A stretch of 60,872 nucleotides of DNA, the filler included. It is 3 parts of 3 records of this genome, joined end to end, with 100 filler letters (N's around TTAATTAATTAA, not from the genome) between each part and the next. Parts side by side here need not be neighbours in the genome. Positions count along the whole stretch, not along the records: positions 52,920 to 60,872 come from SRR31156797_3047; 2 more parts are not named here. The stretch is one strand, 5' to 3'. The notes below the pieces were generated by a model. It had not been told where the DNA came from. It saw nothing but the letters and a program-made list of their open reading frames with translations, and made no database searches. Both the position numbers and the translations under genes were made by a program. Positions 56,226 through 60,872 of the stretch are shown piece after piece. Numbering within the stretch: the first letter of the stretch is position 1; each line of letters begins with the position of its first letter.

Positions 56226-57581
56226 TCACAGCCCGCTCAAGGTCAATCCATCCAATAAGAGCGATGGAGCGCCGATTGAACCGAAAAGCCTCAAGTCCGC
56301 GCCAATACCGGCAACATGACTGAACATTTTAAATATATTTCCGGCAATGGCCATGCCTTTAACCGGATGTTCGGGCCGGCCGTTTTTCAGCCATTGTCCG
56401 GCCACGCCAAGGGAAAAGTCGCCGGAAATAGGATCGGTTGTATGGACGCCCATAACTTCGGTCACCAGCAGGCCGGTTCCCAAATCGCCGGCCATTTCTT
56501 CGAGAGTCATGTCGCCCGGTTCCAAAATAAGATTTCTTGTGGTCACTCCGGGCGGCGATTTATACCCTCCGCGGCCGGCGTTGCCGGTTGAAGAAACGCC
56601 CTCGGCCGCAGCCCTGGTCGTATCGTACAGGAAGCCTTTCAAAATTCCGTTTTCTAATAAAATAGTCCGCCTGCTGGGAACGCCTTCTCCATCAGCCGGC
56701 GACGAAACCAATCCATTGGGGTAAAGGCCGTCGTCCGCAAGGTTGATTTCAGGACCCATAACCGCTTCGCCGACGCGCCCGGCCAAACTTGATTTACCCT
56801 TTCTGACGCTGTCGGATAAAAACGAATTTTCCAGAACCCCCAGGAACTGGGCGACCACCCGGTTTTCCATAATAACCGCCCCGGTAACTCCGGCGACTTT
56901 TTTACCGCCCAGGCTGGAAACCGCCCGGCGTGCGCCTTTCACGCCGATTTCCTTTAAATCCAAACCTCTGTAGAACCTGGAGAAGTCGCCTTCGTACCCC
57001 ATTTCAGCTTCGTCGCCTTCCGAAGCCTTTATCTGAATGCTGCCGCTGAAAACGGTGCCGGAATTTGAATATTCAAGGCCGCGGCTATTGCTAAGCCATG
57101 TATAATATTCAGCTTCACGATATTCAGCGGATCTGACCCTTTCTATCCTCGGGTCTACCGACTTGGCTTCCGCTTCCATGGCCAAAACCGCGTCTATCTT
57201 GTCCTGCTGGGGTATACTATTAATTTCAGGGTCGTATCCCTTAACCTCCGGATAATCCGAATCAGGCGCGCCGGGTATGCTCAAACCCGGTTCGGGATCC
57301 GACATTGAAGCGCTTTCCACGGCCAGGCTCACGGTCCGTTCCAGCGCCTCGGGAGTGAACACGGAAGTGTAAGAGAAACCGAGGCGACCCTGGTCGATTA
57401 TTCTGACGGACGCTCCAAATTCATCATTGCGGCGGACCTGATCAATGCGCCCTTCCTTGGCCGCGACAGCCAGGGACCGGCTTTTTACCAGAAAAACTTC
57501 AAACTCGTTAATTCCGGCCTTTTCCGCGCCCGACATCAGGCTGTCCATTATCCATTTCGGTTCCGCCAAATTACTGCTCAT
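56226..57581 (-). CDS. pmbA: PmbA/TldE-family protein
   Basis: GASVRI..GRLGFSYT, DGEGVP, STGNAGR, ISGDFS, IAGN, PSLL; no HExxxH, so PmbA rather than TldD; start at MSSNL. Confidence 0.85.
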   Translation of the reverse strand: MSSNLAEPKWIMDSLMSGAEKAGINEFEVFLVKSRSLAVAAKEGRIDQVRRNDEFGASVRIIDQGRLGFSYTSVFTPEALERTVSLAVESASMSDPEPGLSIPGAPDSDYPEVKGYDPEINSIPQQDKIDAVLAMEAEAKSVDPRIERVRSAEYREAEYYTWLSNSRGLEYSNSGTVFSGSIQIKASEGDEAEMGYEGDFSRFYRGLDLKEIGVKGARRAVSSLGGKKVAGVTGAVIMENRVVAQFLGVLENSFLSDSVRKGKSSLAGRVGEAVMGPEINLADDGLYPNGLVSSPADGEGVPSRRTILLENGILKGFLYDTTRAAAEGVSSTGNAGRGGYKSPPGVTTRNLILEPGDMTLEEMAGDLGTGLLVTEVMGVHTTDPISGDFSLGVAGQWLKNGRPEHPVKGMAIAGNIFKMFSHVAGIGADLRLFGSIGAPSLLLDGLTLSGL

Positions 57582-58042
57582 AGTTCCATCTCCATGGCAA
57601 TTTCTCCACATTCGGGAAATTTTACGCATTTAAGGCATTCGGCCCATATTTTATGGGGAAGCAGCGTCTTGTCGGTCAGATGAAAGCCGAGCTTGCCAAA
57701 ATATTCGGGAATGTAAGTCAAGACAAAAAGCCTGTTTAGACCCAGTTCCCTTGCGTCGTTGCAGCAGGCCGAAACAAGGCGGCGGCCAAGGTCTTGCCCT
57801 TTATACTTGGGGTTGACGCCGAGAGACCGGATTTCACCAAGGTCTTCCCAACAGACATGCAGCGCACAGACTCCGGCGACTTCATCCTGGTTGTCTTCAG
57901 GGCAGGCCACCAGTACAGCCCGGATAACATCGTATAACTCGCTTCGCGACCGCGGCAGCATAAGTCCTTCTTCGGCATAATCCGTTAGAAGATCATAAAT
58001 GGGGGGGACGTCGGTCACTTTTGCCTTACGAATTATAAACAC
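57578..58042 (-). CDS. argA: Short GNAT-type N-acetylglutamate synthase / amino-acid acetyltransferase
   Basis: IRKAK..D, GLMLPRS, WEDLGEIRSLGV, LFVLTY, LPHKIWAECLKC. Confidence 0.78.
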   Translation of the reverse strand: MFIIRKAKVTDVPPIYDLLTDYAEEGLMLPRSRSELYDVIRAVLVACPEDNQDEVAGVCALHVCWEDLGEIRSLGVNPKYKGQDLGRRLVSACCNDARELGLNRLFVLTYIPEYFGKLGFHLTDKTLLPHKIWAECLKCVKFPECGEIAMEMEL

Positions 58043-58167
58043 AATGTTCTCCTTGGTTTTTTTTCAGTACTCATATTGTTCATCATAAAATGCCGCATTT
58101 GAAAGCGTCAAGGTAAAAGGACCGTATAATCCGGCCCTCCGCCCATCCGTTTATAGACGGACGCTAT

Positions 58168-59403
58168 CTAAAGTCCCATAAAAACCCGGGCCATTACCTT
58201 GGCGTCATCCTTTATGTTGGTCAGGCTTGTGTATTCATTGGGCTGGTGGGCCGTTTCTTCAACCGTGGACCAGACAGCGGCCGGCAAACCCTGCTGACGG
58301 AAAAAGGCGGCCACTGTCCCGCCGCCGATGCCGATGGTTTTGGTCTTGCGGCCGTGCACATCAAAAACCGCCCTGGTCAAGGCTTGAACAATCGGAGAAT
58401 CAACAGGCGTTGGGGACGGGGCCTGCATTTTGAACACCGCTTCCACTGAAACCGTTACGCCCGAACCAGCAACCGCATCATTAGCTGTCTTTTCAACCAG
58501 GGTCATCACCTCATCCAGGTCGTATTGCGGCAGGACGCGGCAATCGAAATGAAAAACGTCTTCACCTGGAATTGTGTTGGTATTGGGGACATTGGCTTCC
58601 TTTTTTGTGGGTTCGAAAGTGCTTTCCGCAGGCTCGAACAAATCGTCCTTACCATCGTATTTAGAGTGCAGAGCTTCATCCAGCGCGGTTATGATCCTGG
58701 CCGAAGCGCGCAATGTATTGGCGGCATCGGCTGGCCGGCTGGCGTGGCCCTGTTTACCCTTAACCGTAAACTTAAGCCAGAGCATGCTTTTTTCAGCTAT
58801 TTCCAATTCAGTCGAGTCGGCATTGCCGGAATCCGGGACAATGATCAGATCGTTCGGCGAGAACAGGTCGGCTCTCTTTTTAAGAACATGATCCAATCCG
58901 TATTCCGAACCGGTCTCTTCATCAGAGACAAATATCAGCCCGACATTGTGTTCGGGAATTATTTTTTCATCCCTTAATGCTTTAACGGCTAAGTAAGACG
59001 CAACCAATCCATGGTGATTGTCCTCAACTCCCCTGCCGTATATTCTGTCTCCATCCCGCCTCAAGACGTACGGGTCGGAATCCCAAAGGGAAGATTCTCC
59101 CGGCGGAACTATGTCCATGTGGGAAAGAACCCAGGCCTTTGAATCGCCCTTGCCGTTAAATATGGCTATGGTGTTTGGCCGGAATCCGGATTCGACCCTG
59201 TCGTCCGGGGCGTCGGCCCTTAAAATCAGGTCGGGATTTATTTTACCGAGCCAGGCTTCCAGCAGCCCGGCCTTTTCCCATTCGCCCTGGCCGCCGTTTA
59301 CCGGTCCGAGGGCCGGGCAGGAAACCAGGTCCGATTGCAGTTCCATTATTTCATCTTCATATGTTTCTATTCGATCGGCGACTTTTTTATATTTATCTTC
59401 CAT
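58168..59403 (-). CDS. M20-family metallohydrolase (DapE/ArgE-like)
   Basis: SHMDIVPPG, YGRGVEDN, SDEETGS, EKS, GHAS, NTIPG, GGGT, AHQPNE. Confidence 0.88.
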   Translation of the reverse strand: MEDKYKKVADRIETYEDEIMELQSDLVSCPALGPVNGGQGEWEKAGLLEAWLGKINPDLILRADAPDDRVESGFRPNTIAIFNGKGDSKAWVLSHMDIVPPGESSLWDSDPYVLRRDGDRIYGRGVEDNHHGLVASYLAVKALRDEKIIPEHNVGLIFVSDEETGSEYGLDHVLKKRADLFSPNDLIIVPDSGNADSTELEIAEKSMLWLKFTVKGKQGHASRPADAANTLRASARIITALDEALHSKYDGKDDLFEPAESTFEPTKKEANVPNTNTIPGEDVFHFDCRVLPQYDLDEVMTLVEKTANDAVAGSGVTVSVEAVFKMQAPSPTPVDSPIVQALTRAVFDVHGRKTKTIGIGGGTVAAFFRQQGLPAAVWSTVEETAHQPNEYTSLTNIKDDAKVMARVFMGL

Positions 59404-59680
59404 TATTTCACCTCGTTGAGTCTAGTAAATGTATTATATTTAGTGTGCAAACGGCCATAAAAGTCAAGGAGATAACCATGCAGCCGTCAATAGCCCAATT
59501 ATTTATTTATGCTGGCCGTCAATGTCGTCAGCCTCATGTATATCATAATGAAGCAGACGGTCTTTTTCTTTCCCATTGCATGAATTCCCTATTTTTGATA
59601 AAAAGTTAAGTATTCAGTTAAAGCCTTTCACCTTTGCCGGCAACAGACGCCATACCATCATCTTACTTGAGGAGATGAAT

Positions 59681-60832
59681 ATGGACTTCGAGTTGACCAT
59701 GGAACAGGAAATCCTTCGCAAAAGCGTTCGCGAATTTGCAGAGAAGGAAATCAAGCCAGTTGCACAGGAATTTGATGAAAAGGAGGATTTTTCATACGAT
59801 ACGATGCGGGCCATGAGCGAGTTGGGGCTCTTCGGCATGTTTGTCTCCGAGGAGTACGGCGGCCAGGGCATGGATTACGTATCGTACATTATCGCCACCG
59901 AAGAAATCGCCCGGGTTGACGGTTCCCACGCCGCCACCGTAGCCGCGGCCAATTCCCTGGGAATAGGCCCGATTTACTATTTTGGAAACGAAGAACAGAA
60001 ACGGCGTTATCTACCCGGTCTTTGTTCCGGAGAATCTTTATGGGGATTCGGTCTTACCGAGTCCAACGCGGGATCGGACGCCGGGAACACCAGGACCACG
60101 GCCGTGCTGGACGGGGACGAATGGGTTATTAACGGCTCAAAGATTTTCATCACCAATGCTTCCACTGACATTTCAGCAGGCGTAACCGTTATGTGCCAGA
60201 CAGGGGCCAAGGAAAACGGTCGCAAGGAATTATCCTGTATATTGGTGGAAAACGGCTCTCCAGGCTATGAGTCCAAGCCCATGCACGGAAAAATGATGTG
60301 GAGAGGCTCCAACACCAGCGAGCTGTATTTCGACGAGTGCCGCGTGCCCAAGGAAAACCTGCTTGGAGAAAGAGGCCGCGGATTCTACCAGATGATGCAA
60401 ACCCTGGACGGCGGGCGCCTTTCCATAGGAGCGATGGGGCTTGGCGGCGCCCAGGGGGCGTATGAAGCCGCGTTGAAATACGGCAAGGAAAGGGAGCAGT
60501 TCGGCAAACCCATATCCAGCTTTCAGGCCAATGCGTTCAAGCTGGCTGACTGCGCCATGTATATCGAATGCGCCCGGTTGCTTTTATACAAGGCCTGCTG
60601 GCTCAGGGACAATAAAAGGCCTTTTGGCAAGGAAGCGGCCATGGCCAAGCTTTTCGCCAGTGAAGTGATGGGCATGGTGGCCAACCATGCCGTTCAGTTG
60701 CACGGCGGGTACGGCCTGATGAAAGAATACGATGTCGAGCGTTTTTATCGGGACCAGAAGCTGCTGGAGATCGGCGAGGGCACATCCGAAGTGCAGAGAA
60801 TTGTTATAGCCAGGCTTATCGGAGCTCTGTAA
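59681..60832 (+). CDS. Acyl-CoA dehydrogenase
   Basis: FGLTESNAGSDA, NGSKIFITN, GRLSIGA, REQFGKPI, QLHGGYG, RDQKLLEIGEGTSEVQR; GAGGAG RBS before ATG 59681. Confidence 0.93.
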   Translation: MDFELTMEQEILRKSVREFAEKEIKPVAQEFDEKEDFSYDTMRAMSELGLFGMFVSEEYGGQGMDYVSYIIATEEIARVDGSHAATVAAANSLGIGPIYYFGNEEQKRRYLPGLCSGESLWGFGLTESNAGSDAGNTRTTAVLDGDEWVINGSKIFITNASTDISAGVTVMCQTGAKENGRKELSCILVENGSPGYESKPMHGKMMWRGSNTSELYFDECRVPKENLLGERGRGFYQMMQTLDGGRLSIGAMGLGGAQGAYEAALKYGKEREQFGKPISSFQANAFKLADCAMYIECARLLLYKACWLRDNKRPFGKEAAMAKLFASEVMGMVANHAVQLHGGYGLMKEYDVERFYRDQKLLEIGEGTSEVQRIVIARLIGAL

Positions 60833-60872
60833 TCCGCGTCTTTCCAGAAATGGTTCTTTTTCCCAATCTCTT

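Noticed and set aside
1-60872. tRNA or rRNA genes
   Set aside because: No cloverleaf or rRNA-like segment was recognised by eye in the intergenic regions; tRNAscan-SE/Infernal would be needed to exclude them formally.

Overview
The window is not one locus. Three contigs are joined by 100-bp artificial spacers (44 N + TTAATTAATTAA + 44 N) at 21752-21851 and 52820-52919. Contig 1 (1-21751) is archaeal and looks like Methanosarcinaceae: pan, glmM, larE, pheS, trpS, aIF-2beta-TRAM, rpl10e, two KaiC/RAD55-like proteins, moaB, yhbY, a thioredoxin-CcdA and crcB. It also has an AT-rich inserted gene for a single-pass membrane protein with a cytoplasmic adaptin/coatomer-appendage-like region and an external FGE/C-type-lectin domain. 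Contig 2 (21852-52819) is from an anaerobic deltaproteobacterium (Desulfobacterota-like): flxDCBA, a large MscS channel, a RACo + cNMP-domain + NuoEFG-like redox module, dusB, an ispH-UbiA fusion and two glycosyltransferases including hpnB. These are followed by a ~13-kb accessory island. The island carries two paralogous lipoproteins with a shared tandem N-terminal domain and different C-terminal domains (one thaumatin-like), a lipoprotein nucleoside hydrolase, an AVAST type 3 (Avs3a/Avs3b) anti-phage system and a tyrosine-integrase remnant. Contig 3 (52920-60872) is also deltaproteobacterial-like: a probably leaderless marR with two operators, an acetylene-hydratase-related molybdopterin enzyme, a small Cys-rich protein, pmbA, argA-like GNAT, M20 hydrolase and acyl-CoA dehydrogenase. 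The best candidates for undescribed biology are the variable-cargo lipoprotein cassette, the archaeal appendage/lectin membrane protein, the inverted heptamer-repeat element and the RACo-NuoEFG module. All family calls come from motif recognition by eye; no database searches were run.
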